A DNA stretch of 32,000 nt, taken from an uncultured Actinomycetes bacterium (GTDB lineage: Bacteria; Actinomycetota; Actinomycetes; S36-B12; CAIYMF01). Shown here piece by piece: positions 16,802 to 24,432 of the stretch. Position numbers and translations under genes: made by a program. The notes beneath the pieces are model-generated. The model was not told the DNA's origin. It saw only the letters and a program-made list of their open reading frames with translations, and did not search any database. The DNA is taken from the NCBI GenBank assembly GCA_963843975.1, contig CAWJMG010000001.1, positions 210,001 through 242,000 on the forward strand, written 5' to 3'. How positions within the stretch are numbered: the first letter of the stretch is position 1; each line of letters starts with the position of its first letter.

Positions 16802-18949
16802 ATGCGCTCCGCCCGCACTGCCACGCTCACCGTCGCGGCCCTGCTCTCGCTGTCGGTCCCCTGGCTCGCTGTGGGTGCGGCCCATGGCGCTCCGGGGGAC
16901 GTCACGCTGCAGGGCGTCATGCCCGACGGCTCACCACCCAATCCCGCGTACGGCGTCTTCGCCCACGACATCAGCGGCGACGGCGACGCGGTGCTGTTCC
17001 AGGCGATCGAGACCGGCCGCATCTTCTACGGCCTCTATGTGCGCGAGAACGGCGTCACGACCCGAGGCGACGCCAACTCCAACGGGTCGTTCCCGAGCAA
17101 CCCGAGCTTCATCGGGACACCCGCGCTCAGCGACGACGCCGGCTACGTCGCGTTCAAGTCCACCAGCACCTTCTACGGAGTCACCGACAGTCGTGTCGGC
17201 CTGGTGCTCAAGAACCGTGCGACCGGCGACGCGCTTGCAGTCGCCGACGTCGGGACGCCGGCCGAGCAGTGCACGGTGAACGACCGGCTCGAGGTTGCGG
17301 ACGCCGGCGCCGCCATCGCCTTCACCACGGCGGCCGCCTTGGACGTGACCGACACCAACGGCCTGTGCGACGTCTACCTGTGGGACGCGACCACGGGTGT
17401 CGAGCGGGTCAGCCCCGGGACGACGTCGGCCGGCAGCCCTGGGGCGGAGATGGGCAGCCAGTTCATGGCGATGTCCCCCAACGGCCGGTGGGTGCTCTAC
17501 AAGTCCGACATGGACACGACCACGCCCGGTATCACGAACCTCGACGGAGACCTCTGGCTCCACGACCGGACGAGCGGGACGCGCGAGCTGGAGTCGACGT
17601 TCCCCAACGGCGACGCGCTACCCGGGGGCTCTTTCTGGGGTGACGTCAGCGACGACGGCACCCGGGTGGTGTTCCAGGCGAACACCGACCCGACCGACTC
17701 GAGCTTCGGGGTGCCGTTCCAGGGCGTCTACGTCCACGACAGAACAGCCGACACCTATGTGAACACGACCGTCTCGCGATTCGCCGCCTCAGCGCGCTAC
17801 CCCAGCATCAGCGGCGACGGCACGCATGTGGCAGCCGACATCGGCTGGGTCTACCTGACCACCGGCATCGGCGACAACTGGTCCAATGTCGGCGTCTACG
17901 ACATCGCGTCCGCCACCTGGCAGCTCGCGTCGCACACGTACGGCGACCCAGGGACGATCGCCAACACCGAGAGCCGCGGCATCCGCCTCTCCGCGGATGC
18001 TTCGCGGGCGGTCTTCACGTCGTCGTCCACCGACCTGCTGGCCACGCCGTACTCGGGGCCGTTCAACAACGCGTACACCTACGAGGTCACCGGGCTCACG
18101 CCTCCCGACGCGGATGCCGACGGCATCCTCGACTCGGTCGACGCCGACGGAGGAAGCGGCGCCCTGCCCGGCCAGTTCTACGACGTGACGGGCAGCGGCA
18201 TCGACACGTTCGGGCGGATCACCTCGACCCCGGTCGGCATGACGGTGTCGGTGACCGACCTGGCCGACCCGGACGGCGTCCGCGTCGAGACCGGTCCGGG
18301 CGCGGGGCTCCTGAGGCTCTCGCTGTGCGGGTTCCCGTTCACGATCAGCATGCCGGGGAGCTCGTCGGCGCTGTACACCTGCGGCAGCATCCGCACGACC
18401 GTGGAGTCCGGTGGGCCCGTCGTCGCCGACCTCGGCGACGGCACCAGCGTGACCATGCCCAGCGGCAGCGAGGTGCGGATCGCGGACGGCGCGACGAGCG
18501 GGTACACCGTCCAGACGCTCGCGGCCGGTCCTGGTCAGACGGTGACCATCACCAAGGACGGGGCCACGGCGCAGGTGCCGGTCGGCTCGCCCCCGGTCGC
18601 CCTGCAGCCGTGGACCTTCACCGGCTTCTCCGCACCCATCGACAACGGCGGCGTCGTCAACCTGGTCAAGGCAGGGGAGATCGTCCCCGTGCGGTGGAAG
18701 CTCACCTCGGCAGGACTCCCGGTGACCACGCTGACCACCGCGTCGATCTCGTTCACCGTCCAGCCGTGCACGACCGCGCGGACCGACAAGATCGAGGAGG
18801 ACGCCGAGCGTGCCAGCGGGCTGCGCAACCTCGGCGGCGGACGCTACGCGATCAACTGGAAGACACCGAAGCTCGCCGGCAAGTGCGGCGTGATGAGCCT
18901 CGACATCGGGGACGGCGTGCTCCACACGGCCCTGTTCAAGTTCCGCTGA
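16802..18949 (+). CDS. Secreted TolB/PD40-like beta-propeller protein with Asp-rich Ca-binding-like linker and C-terminal beta-sandwich domain
   Basis: Sec signal peptide (MRSARTATLTVAALLSLSVPWLAVGAAHG/AP). There are repeated blade-like units (...VAFKSTS..., DVYLWDATTGVERVS, DLWLHDRTSGTRELES, GVYVHDRTADTYVNTT). A DADADGILDSVDADGG motif is present. The C-terminal ~110 aa contain FTGFSAPID...VKAGEIVPVRWKL. Confidence 0.7.
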   Translation: MRSARTATLTVAALLSLSVPWLAVGAAHGAPGDVTLQGVMPDGSPPNPAYGVFAHDISGDGDAVLFQAIETGRIFYGLYVRENGVTTRGDANSNGSFPSNPSFIGTPALSDDAGYVAFKSTSTFYGVTDSRVGLVLKNRATGDALAVADVGTPAEQCTVNDRLEVADAGAAIAFTTAAALDVTDTNGLCDVYLWDATTGVERVSPGTTSAGSPGAEMGSQFMAMSPNGRWVLYKSDMDTTTPGITNLDGDLWLHDRTSGTRELESTFPNGDALPGGSFWGDVSDDGTRVVFQANTDPTDSSFGVPFQGVYVHDRTADTYVNTTVSRFAASARYPSISGDGTHVAADIGWVYLTTGIGDNWSNVGVYDIASATWQLASHTYGDPGTIANTESRGIRLSADASRAVFTSSSTDLLATPYSGPFNNAYTYEVTGLTPPDADADGILDSVDADGGSGALPGQFYDVTGSGIDTFGRITSTPVGMTVSVTDLADPDGVRVETGPGAGLLRLSLCGFPFTISMPGSSSALYTCGSIRTTVESGGPVVADLGDGTSVTMPSGSEVRIADGATSGYTVQTLAAGPGQTVTITKDGATAQVPVGSPPVALQPWTFTGFSAPIDNGGVVNLVKAGEIVPVRWKLTSAGLPVTTLTTASISFTVQPCTTARTDKIEEDAERASGLRNLGGGRYAINWKTPKLAGKCGVMSLDIGDGVLHTALFKFR

Positions 18950-18956
18950 TCCGTCT

Positions 18957-18994
18957 ACGACGAAGGCCCCACCTCGCGGTGGGGCCTTCGTCGT
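18957..18994. terminator. Bidirectional terminator hairpin between the convergent propeller and M23 genes
   Basis: Perfect 17-bp stem (acgacgaaggccccacc / ggtggggccttcgtcgt) with a tcgc loop. Confidence 0.8.
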
Positions 18995-19006
18995 GCGTCT
19001 GCGCTG

Positions 19007-20068
19007 CTACCAGCAGAGGGACCGGAGCAGCGGGTACGGGTCGACGGCCGCGGACTCGCGACCGGACGGCCAGTACTCGAAGTGCAGGTGGACCGCGCCG
19101 CGGCTGCCGGTGTCGCCCATGTAGCCGATGACCTGGCCGCGCGAGACGCGCGAGCCGGCGCCGACGGTGATCCGGTCCATGTGGCCGTAGAAGTACTTCG
19201 ACCCGCTGCCGCCCTGCTGGACGACGCGGATGGCGCCGTTGCTCTGGACGCCCGCCCGCACGATGTAGCCGGACTCGACCGCGAGGATCGGGGTGCCGCG
19301 GCCGGCGACGAGGTCGACGCCCTGGTGCAGGTGACCCGAGCGCTGGGCGCCCCAGCCGGAGCCGAAGGCCGCACCGGGAGCCGGGCAGACCTTGCCAGCG
19401 GTGACGGGGGCGCGCACGACGCTGCGGCTCGAGCCCGAGCTGCGCGGCGAGCTGGGCGACGACGCGGACGCGACCGGCTTGGCGCCGGTGAGGATCGCGC
19501 GCCAGGTGAGAGCGCCGACGTAGCCCTTGGCCGGGAGGCCGCGGCTCTCCTGGTACTTCGTGACGGCCGCGAGGGTCAGCGGGCCGTAGAAGCCGGTCTT
19601 CTTGGTCTGGAGCTTGAACTGCAGGAAGGCCACGGCCTTGCCCTCGGCGCCGGGCTCGAGGACGGGGAGGCGCTCCCAGAGGGGGCCGTTGCCGGGCTTC
19701 AGGGTGAGGGTCTTCGCGGCGGGCTTGGCCTTGGCGGGCTTGGCCTTGGCGGGAGTGGCCTTGGTGGCCTTCGCCGGGGCCTTCTCGGGTGCCGGGGCGG
19801 CCGCGGTGCCGAGGTCCGACGACGAGGCGAACAGGCGCGTCTGCGCGGCGAGGCTTCGCTGCAGTGACGCGCTGGCCCGGGACACGGAGGAGTCCGAGGC
19901 GGGCTCCGCGGCGTCGGACGCGGTGAACGGGGTGGCGGAGTCGGCCCAGCCTCCCGAGGCGGCTTCGCTGCCTGCTGCGGGGACGAGGGCGAGACCTGCG
20001 ACGACGAGGGCAGCGGCGCTCGCGCCTGCTACCCCTGCGGCCCAGCGCGTACGCGGGGACACGACCAT
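19007..20068 (-). CDS. Secreted M23 family metallopeptidase with peptidoglycan-binding (PG_binding_1-like) domain
   Basis: Signal-like N-terminus and an Ala/Lys/Pro linker. PG-binding-like segment GAEGKAVAFLQFKL...GFYGPLTLAAVTKYQESRGLPAKGYVG. M23 motifs HQGVD and GDTGSRGAVHLHFE. GGAGG lies 7 nt before the ATG at 20068. Confidence 0.9.
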   Translation of the reverse strand: MVVSPRTRWAAGVAGASAAALVVAGLALVPAAGSEAASGGWADSATPFTASDAAEPASDSSVSRASASLQRSLAAQTRLFASSSDLGTAAAPAPEKAPAKATKATPAKAKPAKAKPAAKTLTLKPGNGPLWERLPVLEPGAEGKAVAFLQFKLQTKKTGFYGPLTLAAVTKYQESRGLPAKGYVGALTWRAILTGAKPVASASSPSSPRSSGSSRSVVRAPVTAGKVCPAPGAAFGSGWGAQRSGHLHQGVDLVAGRGTPILAVESGYIVRAGVQSNGAIRVVQQGGSGSKYFYGHMDRITVGAGSRVSRGQVIGYMGDTGSRGAVHLHFEYWPSGRESAAVDPYPLLRSLCW

Positions 20069-20071
20069 GGA

Positions 20072-20236
20072 ACAACCTCCGGCCGCGCCTGTGGGGTCAG
20101 CTGTCGGGTTCGGCCGTCGGAGTTGGCCGGCCGCGTGTCGGAGATGGTGCTACCTTCGCGCGGCTTCACCCCAAGGTCGCGACCGCGAGGTCTCGACCGG
20201 AAGTGGGTCCCCCACTCCTGCCCTGAGCGGATGTCA
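20072..20236 (-). promoter_or_regulatory. Cyclic-di-AMP riboswitch (ydaO-yuaA class) in the 5' leader of the M23 peptidase gene
   Basis: The minus-strand RNA contains, in order, AUCCGCUCAGG, GUGGGGGACCCA, UUGGGGUGAAGCC, GGUAGCACC and CCGAACCCGACAGCUGACCCCACAGGCG. These match the conserved blocks I recall from characterised ydaO riboswitches (GGGGGACCCA, GGGGYGAAUC, GUAGGG, ACCCGA..CAGCUAACCUCGNAAGCG). The 3' end runs into the GGAGG Shine-Dalgarno. Confidence 0.75.
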
Positions 20237-20366
20237 GTCCGAGCACGCGGGTCGGGGCAGAACTCGGCGTTCAACCCGCGTCGGCCACCCGGAGTACCGG
20301 GAGGCCAGGGGAACCATAACAAGATGGACACGGCCGGGTGAACCGGACGGGGAGGAAGGGCGAGCG

Positions 20367-20855
20367 GTGGACCTCACGATCCGCGACCTGCGCGAGGACG
20401 AGCACGCCGCCGTCGCCGCACTGCTGAGCACGGCGTACGGCGCAGTCGGGCACTTCGACGCGAATCCGGCCTACGAGGCCACGGTGGTCGACGTCACAGG
20501 CCGGTCGGCCCACCAGTCGGTGCGGGTGGCCGAGCGGGACGGCGTGCTCGTGGGCACCTACACGCTCGCGCCGGCCGGCTCCGAGCACGCCGAGGTGGCC
20601 GCGGACGGCGAGATCGAGCTGCGCTACCTCGCCGTGGCGCAGGAGGCCCAGGGCACGGGGGTGGCCAAGGCCCTCGTGGCCGACGCCGAGGAGGTCGCCC
20701 GGGCCGCCGGCGCGCGCGGCCTGGTGATCAGCGTGATCAGCTGGAACGAGCCCGCGCACGCGCTGTACCGCGGCCTGGGGTTCGTGCGGGACGACGTACG
20801 CACCTGGAAGCCCGTGCCCGAGGTCGAGCTCGTGGTGAGCACCAAGGCGCTCTAG
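20367..20855 (+). CDS. GNAT family N-acetyltransferase
   Basis: The GTG at 20367 is preceded by GGGGAGGAAGGG. Motif A is LRYLAVAQEAQGTGVAKALV. C-terminal NEPAHALYRGLGF. Confidence 0.8.
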   Translation: MDLTIRDLREDEHAAVAALLSTAYGAVGHFDANPAYEATVVDVTGRSAHQSVRVAERDGVLVGTYTLAPAGSEHAEVAADGEIELRYLAVAQEAQGTGVAKALVADAEEVARAAGARGLVISVISWNEPAHALYRGLGFVRDDVRTWKPVPEVELVVSTKAL

Positions 20856-20862
20856 GGGCGGC

Positions 20863-21255
20863 TCAGAGGCGCGCGAGGAACTTCTCGCGGTCGACGACGA
20901 CCCGCGTGACCCTGCCCGTCGCCACGACCCGTGAGGCGCCGTCGGCCCCGACCTGCTTGGCCGCCACCTCGAAGCGCAGCAGCCGGCCGTCGACGTACGC
21001 CAGCGAGGCGCGCGCGACGACCGTGGCACCGACGGCCGATGCGGCCGAGTGCTCGACCTCGACCCGCGTGCCGACGCTCGTCGACCCGGGCTCCAGCGCG
21101 GGTGCGAGGGCCTCGACCGTCGCGGCCTCGAGCCAGGCGAGCAGGCGCGGGGTGGCGAGCACGGGGACATCGCCGCTGCCGAGCGCGAGCGCGGTGTCGT
21201 CCTCGTCCACGACGAACGACAGCGCTGCCGACAGACCGACCTCGAGGGCACCCAT
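20863..21255 (-). CDS. Hotdog-fold thioesterase (FlK-like family)
   Basis: 130 aa. 'DEDDTALALGSGDVPVLATPRLLAWLEAATVEAL...GTRVEVEHSAASAVGATVVARASL' is the usual pattern of small hotdog thioesterases. It lies 25 nt downstream of pilT on the same strand. Confidence 0.65.
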   Translation of the reverse strand: MGALEVGLSAALSFVVDEDDTALALGSGDVPVLATPRLLAWLEAATVEALAPALEPGSTSVGTRVEVEHSAASAVGATVVARASLAYVDGRLLRFEVAAKQVGADGASRVVATGRVTRVVVDREKFLARL

Positions 21256-21280
21256 GAGCCGACCATAGGCCGGTCGTGGG

Positions 21281-22732
21281 CTAGATCGCGATGAGACCGA
21301 GGCGTCGGAGCTCGACGGTCAGGTCGTGCGGGCTCGTCGAGGCGGCCATCGCGGCGTCGAGGGAGACGACGCCGTCGCGGAACAGCTCGGTGAGGTGCTG
21401 GTCGAAGGTCTGCATGCCGTAGAAGCCGCCCTCGGACACCAGCTGGTGGATCGACATCGTCTTCTCGGGATCGATGATCGCGTCCGCCACGCGGCCGGTG
21501 TTGATGCAGACCTCCATGGCCACGCAGCGGCCGAGGCCGTCGGCGCGCGGCACGAGGCGCTGGCAGATGATGCCCTGGAGGCTGCCGGCGAGCGCGATGC
21601 GGATCTGCGCCTGCTCGTGCGGCGGGAAGAAGTCGATGACGCGCGTGATGGTCTCCTGCGCGTCGGTCGTGTGCAGCGTCGACATGACGAAGTGGCCGGT
21701 CTCCGCGGCGGCGAGCGCTGCCTTGACCGTCTCCTGGTCGCGCATCTCGCCGACGAGGATGACGTCGGGGTCCTGCCGCATGGCGGCACGCAGCGCGACG
21801 GCGAAGTCCTTGGTGTCGACCCGCACCTCGCGCTGGTTGATCATGCTGCGCTTGTCGTGGTGCAGGATCTCGATCGGGTCCTCGATCGTGACGACGTGGA
21901 CCTCGCGGTTCTGGTTGATGTTGTCGACCATGCCGGCGAGCGTCGTGGTCTTGCCCGAACCGGTCGGGCCGGTTACGAGGACGAGGCCGCGCGGCTCGAG
22001 CGACAGCGGGCCGAGCACCGGCGGCAGACCGAGGTCGCTCAGCGGGATCGCCCCGATGGCGACGCGGCGGAACACCAGGCCCGCGCTGCCGCGCTGGCGG
22101 AACGCGTTGACGCGGAAGCGGCCGACGCCGTCGATGCCGTAGGCGAAGTCGGCCTCGTTGGTGCGGGCGTACTCCGCGATGAGGTCACCACGCAGCACCT
22201 CGCTCACCATGTGCTCGGTGTCGGCCTGGGTCAGGTCGGGCACCTGGAGGCGGCGCAGGACGCCGTCCACGCGGATACGCGGGGGCGAGCCGACCTTGCA
22301 GTGCAGGTCCGAGCCGCCGGTCTCGACGAGGGCGCGCAGGAATGGGATGACCGAGACGTTCTCGCGGACGACCACGGGGTGGCCGGCGGCGGGCGTGCGC
22401 GGCTCGACGTCCTCGACGGCGGGCACCGGGGTCGGCGCGGGCGCGGCGACGACGGGGGCGAACGCAGGGGCGGGCTCCGGGGCGGGCTCGACGGCGACGG
22501 GCTCGGGCTCGGGCTCGGGGGCCGGCGCGACGGGCGCAGGGACGGGCACCGGGACGGCGACGGGCGCGACAGCCACGGGGGCGGCCGGCGCCGACGCGGC
22601 CGACGGCGGGGCCGGGGCCACCGGGGCGGCCGTGAACAGCGGCACGGCAGGCGGAGCCACCGGGGCGGGCTCGCCTGCGGCGGGCTCGGCTGCCGGGACC
22701 TGGTTCAGGGCGGAGTCGGCAAACTGCGTCAC
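21281..22732 (-). CDS. pilT: PilT-family type IV pilus retraction-type ATPase with ~130-aa Pro/Ala-rich N-terminal extension
   Basis: Walker A GPTGSGKTTT, Asp box VVTIEDPIE, Walker B ILVGEMRD, His box GHFVMSTLHT, and a C-terminal GMQTFDQHL. The start is assigned to the GTG at 22732 (VTQFADS...), downstream of the biotinyl-protein stop. It has no strong SD, so the start is uncertain. Confidence 0.85.
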   Translation of the reverse strand: MTQFADSALNQVPAAEPAAGEPAPVAPPAVPLFTAAPVAPAPPSAASAPAAPVAVAPVAVPVPVPAPVAPAPEPEPEPVAVEPAPEPAPAFAPVVAAPAPTPVPAVEDVEPRTPAAGHPVVVRENVSVIPFLRALVETGGSDLHCKVGSPPRIRVDGVLRRLQVPDLTQADTEHMVSEVLRGDLIAEYARTNEADFAYGIDGVGRFRVNAFRQRGSAGLVFRRVAIGAIPLSDLGLPPVLGPLSLEPRGLVLVTGPTGSGKTTTLAGMVDNINQNREVHVVTIEDPIEILHHDKRSMINQREVRVDTKDFAVALRAAMRQDPDVILVGEMRDQETVKAALAAAETGHFVMSTLHTTDAQETITRVIDFFPPHEQAQIRIALAGSLQGIICQRLVPRADGLGRCVAMEVCINTGRVADAIIDPEKTMSIHQLVSEGGFYGMQTFDQHLTELFRDGVVSLDAAMAASTSPHDLTVELRRLGLIAI

Positions 22733-22800
22733 GGTGGATGTTTCGACCGTGGGGGGCGCCGCCTTGAGCGTGCGCAGAGGGTGGAAAGGCGCCCGGAGGC

Positions 22801-23013
22801 TCAGGCCAGGACGACGAGGACGTCGCCCTCCTGGACGACGTCGCCCTCGCGGACCTTGATCTCGGCCACGGTGCCGCCGACATCGGCCAGCACCGGGATC
22901 TCCATCTTCATCGACTCGAGCACGAGGAGCGTGTCCCCGGCGGCGACCACGTCGGCCTCGCTCACGACGAGCTGAATGACGTTCGCCACCATCTCGGCGC
23001 ACACCTCGGCCAC
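22801..23013 (-). CDS. Small biotin/lipoyl-attachment-domain protein (TB7.3-like biotinylated protein)
   Basis: 70 aa with the ESMKME biotinylation motif. It is collinear with my recollection of M. tuberculosis TB7.3 (Rv3221c). The GTG start is preceded by GGAGGA. Confidence 0.85.
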   Translation of the reverse strand: MAEVCAEMVANVIQLVVSEADVVAAGDTLLVLESMKMEIPVLADVGGTVAEIKVREGDVVQEGDVLVVLA

Positions 23014-23076
23014 GGTTCCTCCAGGAGAGTCGGTCGTACGGCGCTCATCCTGGCAGATCGGCGCTGCGTTACCGCG

Positions 23077-24432
23077 TCAGCGGCTGGGGAACGCGAACGT
23101 GCTCTCGCGCTCGATGATGTCGGCGAGGGTGTCGACGACGGCCGGGTCGAACTCGCGGTCGGTGCCGAGGGAGAGGCGCTCGAGGGCCTGCATCTTGCGG
23201 TCGCTCTCCATCGAAGCGCCGACGAGGTCGTCGTAGGCGTTGACCGCCTTGATGATCCGGCTCTCGAGGGGCAGCTCGGCGTCGAGCTGGCCGCGGTGCG
23301 GCCGGTAGGGGTCGGACTGCCGCTCGACGATGTCAGCGACCTTGTCGAGCACGCCGGCCTGGCGGATGATCCCGCCGCCGAGCTCGGCGATCTGCCGCTG
23401 GTCGAGCGGGCTGACCATGGTCGTCGCGCCTCCGGGGATCGGGTCCGAGAGCGAGAGCTGGCCGATGTCGTGCATGAGGGCGGCGTACTCGAGGTCGTCG
23501 AGGTCGCGCTGGCTCATGCCCATCTCGCGCCCGACGGTGACCGCGAGACGGCTCACGCGGCGGGAGTGGCCGGTCTCCGTGTAGCCGCCGACCTCGGTGA
23601 CCTTGGACAGCGACCGGATCGTCTGCAGGTATGTCGCCTGGATCGTGGCGTAGCGGCGGAACGAGAACTGGGTGAGCAGCAGCGGCACCGCGAAGATCGG
23701 CAGCGCCCAGAGGTGCATCTTCGGGTACGAGAGGGCGATGAGGACCCCGGTCGCGGCGATCGCCGAGGCGATACCGATGAGAGCGCGGGCCTCGTCGACG
23801 ACGGCGGTGCGGAACGGCACCCGGTCGCTGCTGGAGCGGAGGCCGGCGGCGAGCAGGGCGTCGATGGTCGAGGCAGCTGCGGCTGCGAGGGCCATCGCGG
23901 CCGCCATCCACCCGGGCTGGGCCATGGCGTAGGGAGATCCGTCGCCGCGCTCGTTGCCCTGGGTGAAGCCGTTGCCCACCAACCACTGGAGCATGATGTG
24001 GAAGAGGTACGACGCGACGACGGTGGCGACCACTCGGCGTGCGAGCTCCTCCGCCATGACGCTGCGGCGGGCGAAGGCTCGTGGCACCGAACCGATGACC
24101 GAGCCGACCGTGACAACGGTGACGGCCAGCGCCATGGGCACGCCGAATTCGCCGTCGGGACCGGCCCACTCGGGAAGCAACGCGAACGCGAGGGCACCCG
24201 CGGAGGCCAGCGGGGCCGACTGACGGCCGCCCGGAAGGGTGAGGCGCATGACCTCGCCGACCGCGATGAACAACGCGAAGGCCGCGCACGTCCGTAGGAC
24301 ATCCGCGCTATCGAGGCTGGTGATGGTCGACGTCAGGCTCTTGGTCACCGTCACGGTCATGCTCGCGATGACGATCAGACCCGCGAGGAGGACGACTGGA
24401 CCGGTGGCGCGGACGTCGTTGTCGCGGCTCAT
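23077..24432 (-). CDS. Multi-pass membrane protein with degenerate HD-GYP-like domain
   Basis: About 260 aa of hydrophobic helices precede an HD domain that keeps GHSRRV and MHDIGQ. VERQSDPYR stands where HHExxDGxGYP is expected. Its ATG overlaps the upstream stop (ATGA). Confidence 0.8.
   Translation of the reverse strand: MSRDNDVRATGPVVLLAGLIVIASMTVTVTKSLTSTITSLDSADVLRTCAAFALFIAVGEVMRLTLPGGRQSAPLASAGALAFALLPEWAGPDGEFGVPMALAVTVVTVGSVIGSVPRAFARRSVMAEELARRVVATVVASYLFHIMLQWLVGNGFTQGNERGDGSPYAMAQPGWMAAAMALAAAAASTIDALLAAGLRSSSDRVPFRTAVVDEARALIGIASAIAATGVLIALSYPKMHLWALPIFAVPLLLTQFSFRRYATIQATYLQTIRSLSKVTEVGGYTETGHSRRVSRLAVTVGREMGMSQRDLDDLEYAALMHDIGQLSLSDPIPGGATTMVSPLDQRQIAELGGGIIRQAGVLDKVADIVERQSDPYRPHRGQLDAELPLESRIIKAVNAYDDLVGASMESDRKMQALERLSLGTDREFDPAVVDTLADIIERESTFAFPSR

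Noticed and set aside
16559-20366. Genomic island delimited by att-like repeats
   Set aside because: The two repeat copies are only 74 bp apart. I saw no third copy at the far side of the block, and there is no integrase, recombinase or tRNA. It is kept only as a low-confidence boundary observation.
21281-22732. Type IV pilus locus
   Set aside because: Only a PilT-like ATPase is present. The window contains no pilin, PilB, PilC, PilMNOPQ or prepilin peptidase.
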